Origin: Obrimoposthia wandeli | Taxonomy: Eukaryota | Length of the DNA: 64,000 bases | Direction of reading: 5' to 3' | NCBI GenBank assembly: GCA_977020255.1 | Contig: CDROCS010002834.1 | Location: 434,001-498,000 of the forward strand | Shown: positions 21,386 through 29,738 of the stretch, piece after piece | Numbering within the stretch: the stretch's first letter is position 1 | How the letters are laid out: the number at the start of each line of letters is the position of its first letter | Notes under the pieces: model-generated | What the model was told of the DNA's origin: nothing | The model's input: only the letters and a program-made list of their open reading frames with translations | Databases searched by the model: none | Made by a program: the position numbers and the translations under genes

Positions 21386-23767
21386 TTACACGATACACTT
21401 TTCGTAAACAGAATCTAACTTATCAAAGTCAGTGATCCCTTGCATCAACGTCAAAGTTGTTAGCTTGAGTGATTGCCTGAATCCAGTGCAATTCATATTC
21501 ACTATTGGATGATTAAGCAATAACACCTTACCAAGTTCAAATAGCCAATATTGTTCTTCTTTTACCTGCGATTCTTTCGCACCCGACTGTGCAGGGGAAA
21601 TATAAGATCGCTCTCGCCGCAATACACTTTTGACACGATAAACCTTGGTTATTTCTAACGCGTCTGTACTAACATGTGCAATTGCAAGATAACTTACTTC
21701 TTGTGCTATGTGCTTACCAAACTGTGTATCAAAAACAAAAACGGGTATATGGAACCACTTGGCTTTACCTGCTTTAAAATTATCGATATAAGTTTGAGAG
21801 CGACTCTCACCTAGCCTTGCAGTAAGCACTAAATCTGGGTGTAACACTTGCTTCATGCCAGAGTATGGAATTCTAGCAGCTTCATTGACGTAAAGCGCAT
21901 CACTGATATAGGTATCAGAGTAAGTGCAAGACGGCAAGCCTAACTGCTCAAGCAAAAATGCCTCTAACCAACGGTTTTTATTATTTTCTGCACTGGGCAA
22001 AAGAGCAAAAGCGCCAATACCTACTTCATTGATAACAGCCTGATATGGATTGGAAGCTACAGACTGATCATAAAATCCCGGGTACAAAGCAAAAGCACCC
22101 AATACAGGCCTGCTCTTTGAGTGCAGTCCTTCTAGCCCTTCAATACGAATTAAAGCATCTCGATAACGGTGCATCTGATTAATGGCATCATCAGGAACAA
22201 AATCTTGTTGATCGATATTATCCAGTTCATAGCGATCACTTTTTGTTTTGATTCGGTACTTCGCATCAAATAACCAAATACATTTTTTACCATCAGGAAA
22301 GGTTACTTCCAACAAGATATCTGGTTTTTGGGTCACCCAAAATGAACGGATTTTTTTACCCGCTCTGCGGAAAACGGGCTCATGAGCTAATCTGGCTTTA
22401 AGTCCATCGGAACGCTCAAATACAAAAGCACCAGCGCCACTTAAACCATCTTCTAATTGCAACTCAAAATAGTCATTTAGTTTAAGTTTTGCTTTTTTTT
22501 GTTCTGTCTCTTTAAAGCCAAGTACATCTGTTAGCACCTTACGTACCGCTAAAAAGCACCACACTTCATAGGTTTCAGCGACGGATTTCATCGAAACGGT
22601 TGAGTGCTTTGCAAAGATATCTAAGTAGTACTTAAGCTCTTGCCATGTTTTATAAACCGTGTTGTAGCCAGTCTTTTGCTGAAGCACCAGAGATTCACGC
22701 TGCAAGCCAGTATAGTCGCCGACTTCTTTTAAAAAGCTGTGCCGTTCCATTTTAATTAGCGGCTTTTGCCAGTTTTTCAATTCGGAAAGAAAGTGCCGCG
22801 ATAAACGTGAGTGGGTGTTGTTCTCTTTCTTATTATTCACTTCAAGCTTGTCCGATAACGTTTCGAGCTCTTGCTTACATTGAATAACCACCATTTTGAT
22901 AAAGCGATTTTCCGGTGTATTCAGGCTTAAATATTTTTTATCTTGCTTATAGCGCCTGTCGTAAACTTTATTCGCAATATCCTCTCTAACCTTTTCTGCT
23001 AAGCGATTAGAAAGCCTACCTTTTAGTCGATCCGCTTTAATGTGGGAGGTTTTGCTTTGTAGGCGGTTATGCGGAGAGTTGGTAATAACTTTCAAGCCTT
23101 GATCTAAGCTTTCTCTTAATGTTTTAAATTGCGCCAACCACAATAAAGGAAAGTGGCCACGGTGCTGGCTCTTCGCTGCATTTTGTTCTGTTTTTTCCGC
23201 TAAGCTAAATCGCCACAATGGAAAGACGTCATCGATAGACCGGTACATAGCGGGCAAATCGCGATGTAGCTGCATTTTTGTCGGCAGCACTTCTAATGTC
23301 AGCTGTATCTTTTTTAATTCACCATCAACCAAGTAGCTTAGTGGTAAAGTCAATTGGCCAATGTCATTCCCAGTATTAATGGTACCTATGAGGCTGGCTG
23401 CACTATGCTTGCGCTTCGTCGTAAAACGAAAAGCACCTGAAATGCTTTGCAATGGATGCGCAATATCGGCTTGCTCAATGTCATCTTGCAAGAATACCCA
23501 CTCGAACTGATACGATGTATTTTCAAAGAATAAAGGCATTGGGAGCAGTATTTCTTCTAACGCCGAATCGCTAACCAAGTCACTAACCAGCCCTTGCAAG
23601 CTTACCTTTTCAGGGCTAATCGCGGGTTGAAATCGCAGCATATTGGAGACATGCTCAGACTCTCGACGCTTAAGCATATCAAAATAAGTACTTTGCCTAG
23701 CCTCTAAGTGTTGGCAGCTTACCGTCAACTCCCATTCAGGCGTTTCTATACAAATAAGCTCTTGCAC
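21386..23767 (-). CDS. McrC-like DUF2357 / PD-(D/E)XK nuclease with an extra C-terminal domain
   Basis: NTPENRFIK (DUF2357), GYNTVYK, AETYEVWCF, QKPDILLEV...LFDAKYR (PD-DxK), NQMHRYRDAL. GTG start with AGGAAG RBS 16 nt after the McrB-like stop. Confidence 0.85.
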   Translation of the reverse strand: MQELICIETPEWELTVSCQHLEARQSTYFDMLKRRESEHVSNMLRFQPAISPEKVSLQGLVSDLVSDSALEEILLPMPLFFENTSYQFEWVFLQDDIEQADIAHPLQSISGAFRFTTKRKHSAASLIGTINTGNDIGQLTLPLSYLVDGELKKIQLTLEVLPTKMQLHRDLPAMYRSIDDVFPLWRFSLAEKTEQNAAKSQHRGHFPLLWLAQFKTLRESLDQGLKVITNSPHNRLQSKTSHIKADRLKGRLSNRLAEKVREDIANKVYDRRYKQDKKYLSLNTPENRFIKMVVIQCKQELETLSDKLEVNNKKENNTHSRLSRHFLSELKNWQKPLIKMERHSFLKEVGDYTGLQRESLVLQQKTGYNTVYKTWQELKYYLDIFAKHSTVSMKSVAETYEVWCFLAVRKVLTDVLGFKETEQKKAKLKLNDYFELQLEDGLSGAGAFVFERSDGLKARLAHEPVFRRAGKKIRSFWVTQKPDILLEVTFPDGKKCIWLFDAKYRIKTKSDRYELDNIDQQDFVPDDAINQMHRYRDALIRIEGLEGLHSKSRPVLGAFALYPGFYDQSVASNPYQAVINEVGIGAFALLPSAENNKNRWLEAFLLEQLGLPSCTYSDTYISDALYVNEAARIPYSGMKQVLHPDLVLTARLGESRSQTYIDNFKAGKAKWFHIPVFVFDTQFGKHIAQEVSYLAIAHVSTDALEITKVYRVKSVLRRERSYISPAQSGAKESQVKEEQYWLFELGKVLLLNHPIVNMNCTGFRQSLKLTTLTLMQGITDFDKLDSVYEKCIV

Positions 23768-23782
23768 CCCTGCTTCCTTCTT

Positions 23783-25414
23783 TTATGGCCAAAAACTGGT
23801 AAAGCCATTCTTTAGCTGAGAATTCATCCAATCGAGCTTTGCTTTACTGCGACACTCTATCGTTAATACTGAGCCGTCTTTTGCTGATTTTTGGAATAAA
23901 TCAGGACGAACTTGTGTACCCCATATTTCAGCTAACAAAAGGTTCAGCAAACCACTAAGCTGCTCTAGTATATTTAGCTTAGAGCCCCCTTTGGTCAGTT
24001 TATCTATATCACCTTCGATGCGAGGTAACACTTTACACATCAAGAAATCATCCCATACCGCCTGCAACCCAATCACATCTTCAGGCTTCTGGATCATCAC
24101 CGTTAGCAGCAATTCATTTAAAGCTCGATAAGCAAGCTTAAACGGGGTGTTGTCTAAAATAGCGTTAACTTCGGTGAGAAAATCAATCGACAACGATCCA
24201 TCACTATCATGCGTATCGCTTAACTCTGCCTTGTTTCTTCCATCGGTAAAAACTGGGTAGCTTAAGGCTTTAGGCTCTGAATTTGGCTCGAAGAACGCAT
24301 TAAAATCATTAGGAAAGAACTCACCAAAATCAAACGTTAAAGCACGATCGATCACTTTTCGGGAAAAACCATGCGTGGTTTCATCCATGTTAACCGTACC
24401 CGCCACAATCAAATTAAACGGAATACCAATGCCATTTTCAAGAAAGTGTTGCCATAAATCATCACAACCATCTAAACCTAAATCGCTCTTAAGCTTTTCT
24501 TTATTATCAATATTTTCTAATAGGTTTGGCTTTAACAATGGATCGCATCGGTAACTAAAATTATTACCATCCCAACTCCACTGTCGTGTCTCTAGTACTG
24601 ATAAGTAATCGGCAAAGTATTGTTCGACTGGGGCAAGGTTCATTTCATCTAAGCAAAGCCAAAATGGTTTTACCTGTTGCTGCTGATTTTGTTCGCCCAC
24701 AGCCTCATTCGCTTGAAGTGTAACCCCAGCTTGCTTTAGCTCTATCCACGCTTTAACAATAAACTTAAGCACATCGGTAACGACATATTCAGCACGACCA
24801 CTTAGCCTTGACACATAGCCAAGCAGATCTGAAGACTCATGCCAGTCGGGACGAACAGAAGTCAGGCAGTAAGTTTCAGCAATTGAACCAGTTAGCTTAG
24901 CTTGCTCACGAATGAAGCGGGTTTTACCTGTACCGGAAATGCCAGCAAGGAGAATAAAAGGCTTGGGTAATAATTCATCAATAGCTTTATGTTTGTTTTG
25001 GATTACATATTGACTAAAAGAGTCAGTACTAATATCAAGGGTTTCCCCTACTTTGTGAACATCTTTTCCCAATAGTTGTAGAACTTTATATGTACTACTA
25101 TTTCTTCCAGATTTTCCTTTCATATACCCAACAGGAGGAAAATTGGCCAAAATGGTTTCGATAATACTTCTATCATTACCACCACCACTAAAGAAAGTAT
25201 CCACATGAACAGACGTTCCCTTTAAAAGTTCATCATAAATACTATCGAGCCGTGACCTAGTTATACTAACCTCGGTCCCAGCCCTAACCACTTTTATGGA
25301 TGTATCATCATAAGAAGTCACCCTTACGGTGTTCTTCCCTGATATATATTTAATATCTTTGTTTTTTAAGCTATTTAACCATCCTGTCACTAAATTCTGA
25401 GAACCCACGTCCAT
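23783..25414 (-). CDS. McrB-like AAA+ GTPase with an unrecognised N-terminal domain
   Basis: Walker A GISGTGKT, VRPDW, Walker B LCLDEMN, McrB signature GTVNMDETT (NxxD), FSRKVIDRA, KVLPRIEG. Confidence 0.9.
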   Translation of the reverse strand: MDVGSQNLVTGWLNSLKNKDIKYISGKNTVRVTSYDDTSIKVVRAGTEVSITRSRLDSIYDELLKGTSVHVDTFFSGGGNDRSIIETILANFPPVGYMKGKSGRNSSTYKVLQLLGKDVHKVGETLDISTDSFSQYVIQNKHKAIDELLPKPFILLAGISGTGKTRFIREQAKLTGSIAETYCLTSVRPDWHESSDLLGYVSRLSGRAEYVVTDVLKFIVKAWIELKQAGVTLQANEAVGEQNQQQQVKPFWLCLDEMNLAPVEQYFADYLSVLETRQWSWDGNNFSYRCDPLLKPNLLENIDNKEKLKSDLGLDGCDDLWQHFLENGIGIPFNLIVAGTVNMDETTHGFSRKVIDRALTFDFGEFFPNDFNAFFEPNSEPKALSYPVFTDGRNKAELSDTHDSDGSLSIDFLTEVNAILDNTPFKLAYRALNELLLTVMIQKPEDVIGLQAVWDDFLMCKVLPRIEGDIDKLTKGGSKLNILEQLSGLLNLLLAEIWGTQVRPDLFQKSAKDGSVLTIECRSKAKLDWMNSQLKNGFTSFWP

Positions 25415-25421
25415 TTATCAC

Positions 25422-26561
25422 CTATTCCATTGAATCTAAAAATGATTTTATTGTCTTAGCTACACCTTCTGCGGCTAAAAACGGTACTCCGTTTCCAATA
25501 GTTTTAAACATATTAGAAAGTGTCATGGTTGAAGGGAAGCAAAACTCCTTAGGTAAGGACTGAATAGCTAATGCCTCTGCCGCACTCAACCTGCGATCCT
25601 TATATGGGTGAAGATGTACTTCATTATTCCCATATGCAGCAGTAGGAGAGTACCTCCACCTATGTAGCCGTTTAAAAGACTTTTTACTGTCATCACCTTC
25701 TAGAATTGTCTGAAATTTAGGTAATGCTTGTCTGGGTATAAAGTGATGACTTGCATTCGGGTGAGAGTAAACGTCATTTTTCAAAAACCAGTTTTCAACA
25801 GTTAGTTGCTTAAAGGCTTCTAATGATTTAGGTAGTTCTTTAACTGAGTCTTGGAGGTAAATTTCATGTTTAGGCCACACCTCTTTATTTAACACCTCAT
25901 TTTTATCAAAAATGATAAAGGCATCCCATGCAAATTTGTTTGTTAATGAAGTGGTTGACATGCTTCCAACCTTTGAACGATGTACTCCAAATAACAAAAT
26001 GCGATCACGATCTTGAGGAACTCCATACTCAATACAATTAGTCAAACGATCCGTTAATATATAACCCGCATTCTCTAGGTTAGCTTTCATTTCCTCATAA
26101 AAAGCACGATGCTTTGTTGTCCTCCAAAGTCCTTTTACATTTTCAAATAAGAAAAAATCTGGTTCCTGTTTAATAATTGCTTCAACAAAGACCCGACTGA
26201 GCTTTCCATTCTCCCCCTCAGATCCTTTATTTTTTCCCGCGACAGAGAAGTCTGGACATGGTGGACCTCCTATAAACCCAACTAGAGACTGAGATTTTGC
26301 GTTTGCTACCAGCTCACTTAATAGTTCTTCCCCATCTCCGCTAGCAAAATCCTCTATGCTACCTAAATGGTGACCATAAGATGGTTCTGGTAGATCCATA
26401 ATTTTACGAGAGTACTTATAAGCATCTAAAAATGGTTTATGAAACTCATTTACAAAACGGACATCAAAGCCTGTTAGCTCAAAGCCTAAATCTAAAAAGC
26501 CGCTCCCCGAAAAAAAGGAGAATATTATTGGTGCCTTATTATTACTCAATCGTCTACCCAT
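25422..26561 (-). CDS. DNA (cytosine-5)-methyltransferase
   Basis: Motif I FFSGSGFLDLGF, catalytic GGPPCPDFS, ENVKG, QDRDR, RRLSAAE, motif X IGNGVP. Confidence 0.95.
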   Translation of the reverse strand: MGRRLSNNKAPIIFSFFSGSGFLDLGFELTGFDVRFVNEFHKPFLDAYKYSRKIMDLPEPSYGHHLGSIEDFASGDGEELLSELVANAKSQSLVGFIGGPPCPDFSVAGKNKGSEGENGKLSRVFVEAIIKQEPDFFLFENVKGLWRTTKHRAFYEEMKANLENAGYILTDRLTNCIEYGVPQDRDRILLFGVHRSKVGSMSTTSLTNKFAWDAFIIFDKNEVLNKEVWPKHEIYLQDSVKELPKSLEAFKQLTVENWFLKNDVYSHPNASHHFIPRQALPKFQTILEGDDSKKSFKRLHRWRYSPTAAYGNNEVHLHPYKDRRLSAAEALAIQSLPKEFCFPSTMTLSNMFKTIGNGVPFLAAEGVAKTIKSFLDSME

Positions 26562-26616
26562 CTTGCTAATTCAAAATACTGCAATATTCCTATTGATACC
26601 CATTATACCGTAGTTT

Positions 26617-26718
26617 CTATCGTTCTAATTCTTTTAATAACTGCTCTGCTATTGCCCAAGGTAACCGCCTACCTGCTGCTTTCATTTTCTCATAAGCCGT
26701 TCTAGCACTATTCAGTGC
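26617..26718 (-). pseudogene. Possible C-terminal relic of a PIN-like (DUF3368-type) protein
   Basis: Open frame ALNSARTAYEKMKAAGRRLPWAIAEQLLKELER* has no start codon and resembles, from memory, the tail of PIN/DUF3368 proteins in defence loci. Confidence 0.35.
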
Positions 26719-26749
26719 TCATTATTTGGTTACTGGCTTACCAACAAAC

Positions 26750-26995
26750 TCATGCACCAATAAATAACGATGTTGGTACTTCGAAGCGAGCAGAGAGCGC
26801 TTTCCACTTACTATCATTGATACCGTCGACTTTGCGCCAATTTCAGCGTTGAAATCACTTAAGGTCAATTTATGCAGATCGATGATGACTCGTACGTTTC
26901 AATAACCGGAAACATCAAATCAATAACAGGTTGATGTGCATCATAGTCTTCAATTAGCACTTCCATCGTATCTAAAGCTCTTGATATTCGCTCAT
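26750..26995 (-). pseudogene. Decayed HigA-type HTH antitoxin
   Basis: Three frames give RALDTMEVLIEDYDAHQPVIDLMFPVIETYE / IIDLHKLTLSDFNAEIGAKSTVSMIVSGKRSL / SARFEVPTSLFIGA*. These are colinear with HigA (Y..AL..E.L..., H.LTxSDF..EIGxKS.VS.I..G.RSL, RF..P...F), with deletions between the pieces. Confidence 0.72.
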
Positions 26996-27002
26996 GGTGC
27001 AC

Positions 27003-28010
27003 CTATTGGATCTTAATTTTGAATTGAAAAGTTTGTTTCAGCAATGTCTGCATCTCCGCCTTTCTCTGCACATGATCTTTGGCAAAAAATCGTTTTGGAT
27101 CAACCGTCACAAAGCCCCAAAACTGTAGAAATCGATCAATAAAGCGGGACTCAATCATAGAACCTAATAATTGACTGGGTGATGAGTACTCTTGTGCTGG
27201 GCAATTGAGTAATAAGTCAGGAAATGCCGTGGTCACTTCTTCAATCAATTGATCAACGCAGCCATGACTTTGTAAGCGCCAAAGCATAAAGAGCCAGAAG
27301 GTTCTTAGGTCAACATTCTGATCCCATCCATCTAGGTAGCCCCAATTGTACTGGCTGGTTGCCGCTTCAAGCATGGGGTTGAAAAAAGCCTGAATGCCGT
27401 GTGTTTGATACTGCTTTTGCGCAGATTTTTTCACATGATAACGACCACTACGACGATAAATGATGCCAGCAATCTCCGCCAGCACACGACTATAGTGGAG
27501 CGCATTAAACTTATCTTCGTTACTGCCTGCGTATTCACTGATACTAATATGTTGCTCAAATTTAGACACAGCAAATTCAGGCAATAATTCATTGGCCTGT
27601 TTAACCAGTTTAGTCGGTAAGTTACCTTTACTGGTGGCTTTAAACGAACCGCCATTCTGCATGGCTTCGTCCAAAATGAGCGCTAAATAACGCATTACAG
27701 GGCTAGTAGATAAATCATCTGGCGTGCTTATTGTGACCCAATCCAATTCATTGAATGACGCATACAACCAATTGGCCATTTGTGTTGGCGATAGACCACA
27801 AAAGTCAGGGTTGGGGCAATTATTACATTCATTCATTTTTTGTTCTGCAACGATATTGAGTTCATCTAAAGACAAGTTAGGATTCATCGCGGCAACCTGC
27901 TCAATATCATCCAGCATTGATGCGTGCTGTTTAGAAACGCTGTTCATACAACAACGTTTATATTTTTTACCACTGCCACACGGGCAAAGGTCATTACGGC
28001 CTGGTTTCAT
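27003..28010 (-). CDS. SEC-C (SWIM/SEC-C) metal-binding motif protein of unknown function
   Basis: N-terminal KPGRNDLCPCGSGKKYKRCC and NNCPNPDFCGLSPTQM. 335 aa, intact. Confidence 0.85.
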   Translation of the reverse strand: MKPGRNDLCPCGSGKKYKRCCMNSVSKQHASMLDDIEQVAAMNPNLSLDELNIVAEQKMNECNNCPNPDFCGLSPTQMANWLYASFNELDWVTISTPDDLSTSPVMRYLALILDEAMQNGGSFKATSKGNLPTKLVKQANELLPEFAVSKFEQHISISEYAGSNEDKFNALHYSRVLAEIAGIIYRRSGRYHVKKSAQKQYQTHGIQAFFNPMLEAATSQYNWGYLDGWDQNVDLRTFWLFMLWRLQSHGCVDQLIEEVTTAFPDLLLNCPAQEYSSPSQLLGSMIESRFIDRFLQFWGFVTVDPKRFFAKDHVQRKAEMQTLLKQTFQFKIKIQ

Positions 28011-28086
28011 AGTCAGTATCTCAAATTTATTTTTTACTAGCGCATCATGATATCTTTGATAAATACTTCTAATTTTGGTGTTTGAT

Positions 28087-28204
28087 TCATTGCCCTATCA
28101 GTACCGCATTTTCCTTTCTTCACTGCGTGAGTACTTGTTCAATCGCGGATAGGGTTGCATTACTGCGCATCTTCCCATGTTGAAAAACCAGCACTTGCAG
28201 CAAT
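28087..28204 (-). pseudogene. Relic C-terminal fragments of a HipA-like kinase toxin
   Basis: IAASAGFSTWEDAQ* then, in another frame, TLSAIEQVLTQ*RKENAVLIGQ*. From memory this matches the tail of Vibrio HipA-family proteins found behind XRE genes. Confidence 0.5.
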
Positions 28205-28225
28205 AACCCCCTACCATCAGGAAGG

Positions 28226-28366
28226 CTATCGCCAAAAGGTTGAGGCGGGCACACAGCTACGCTCGGCAAGCGCTTCACGCGACAGCTTCGCCTCTTTACG
28301 AAAACCACGTAAATAAGTAGCAAAAGCTTCGCTAACATCGGTATCATCTAAAAGTGAAAAGCGCAT
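28226..28366 (-). pseudogene. Truncated XRE-family HTH regulator/antitoxin (46 aa)
   Basis: MRFSLLDDTDVSEAFATYLRGFRKEAKLSREALAERSCVPAST is an XRE HTH, cut off just after helix 3 starts (FWR*). Confidence 0.72.
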
Positions 28367-28382
28367 ATAAAGCCACAAAAAA

Positions 28383-28440
28383 AGACACAGTAATGTCTAT
28401 TACAGCCCAAATTGTCGAGCTATGGACACAATAATGTCCA
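28383..28440. promoter_or_regulatory. Tandem palindromic operators upstream of the XRE relic
   Basis: AGACA-CAGTAA-TGTCT (28383-28398) and TGGACA-CAATAA-TGTCCA (28423-28440), with centres 41 bp apart. Confidence 0.6.
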
Positions 28441-28753
28441 AACATATAGAGTGAACACTAACCGGCCTAGCTAAAAACGTTGAAAACTGGTCTTTTGTCG
28501 TAGGCAACAGCACTTTGCTTCCGGTAACAGGCAGTAGCCATACTGCCTTTATAGGCCCACTTTCACACTTTCTTAGCATTAAAATTTAAAATACGAATAG
28601 TCTGAAATTAGCCATAAATCCATCTAGGCTTAAGCTGACGGCTTATAAAGTCGCATTAACCGTATAAAAGATGAAATTTCCAGCAATCAGATAATTTCAA
28701 TTTTGCGCAATTCGTGATAATCTGCGCGCCCTTCTAGCACTGAGTGAAAATAG

Positions 28754-29383
<630 letters not shown>

Positions 29384-29432
29384 GTATTTATATACCATTT
29401 TCTTTCTCATTATATAACCACTGGAGTCCTCC

Positions 29433-29720
29433 ATGGCACGCGTAACCGTTCAAGACGCTGTTGATAAAATTGGCAACCGTTTCGACCTGATCCAAATTGC
29501 TTCACGCCGTGCGCGTCAATTGCAAACGGGCGGCAAGGATCCATTGGTACCAGAAGAAAACGACAAATACACAGTGATCGCACTTCGTGAAATCGAAGAG
29601 GGCCTAATCACTAAAGATATCCTAGATGCTCGCGAGCGTCAGGAACTGCAAGAGCAAGAAGCAGCAGAACTAGCCGCTGTTAGTGCGATTGCAGGCGACC
29701 ATCACCACCACCACCGTTAA
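29433..29720 (+). CDS. rpoZ: RNA polymerase omega subunit with a C-terminal His5 run
   Basis: [39 protein letters not shown], ending in DHHHHHR. Confidence 0.97.
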   Translation: MARVTVQDAVDKIGNRFDLIQIASRRARQLQTGGKDPLVPEENDKYTVIALREIEEGLITKDILDARERQELQEQEAAELAAVSAIAGDHHHHHR

Positions 29721-29738
29721 TTCAGGGAACCGGGCGAA

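Larger units (their letters stand above)
21251..28440. other. Accessory defence insert in the yicC-gmk interval (no integrase)
   Basis: Non-core genes all on the minus strand between yicC and gmk. The MTase and GTPase genes are visibly AT-richer than the flanks, and several gene relics are present. Boundaries are approximate. Confidence 0.75.

Noticed and set aside
26704-26719. AGCACT-ATTC-AGTGCT palindrome as a CIRCE or C-box operator
   Set aside because: Spacing and flanks fit neither consensus, and it overlaps a pseudogene junction.
28120-28347. 75-aa ORF with a hydrophobic N-terminus, superficially a Hok/Gef-like type I toxin
   Set aside because: It is an off-frame read of the XRE relic; only its last residues coincide with the HipA-like scrap. 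It has no Hok motifs.
28407-28419. CCAAATTGTCGAG, 11/13 identical to the yicC 3' end (21235-21247), as a possible attR
   Set aside because: The match is short and near chance level over 7 kb, it lies between the two operators of an internal promoter, and there is no integrase.
28400-28580. 59-codon minus-strand ORF upstream of the XRE relic
   Set aside because: No RBS or homology, and it runs through the operator palindromes.
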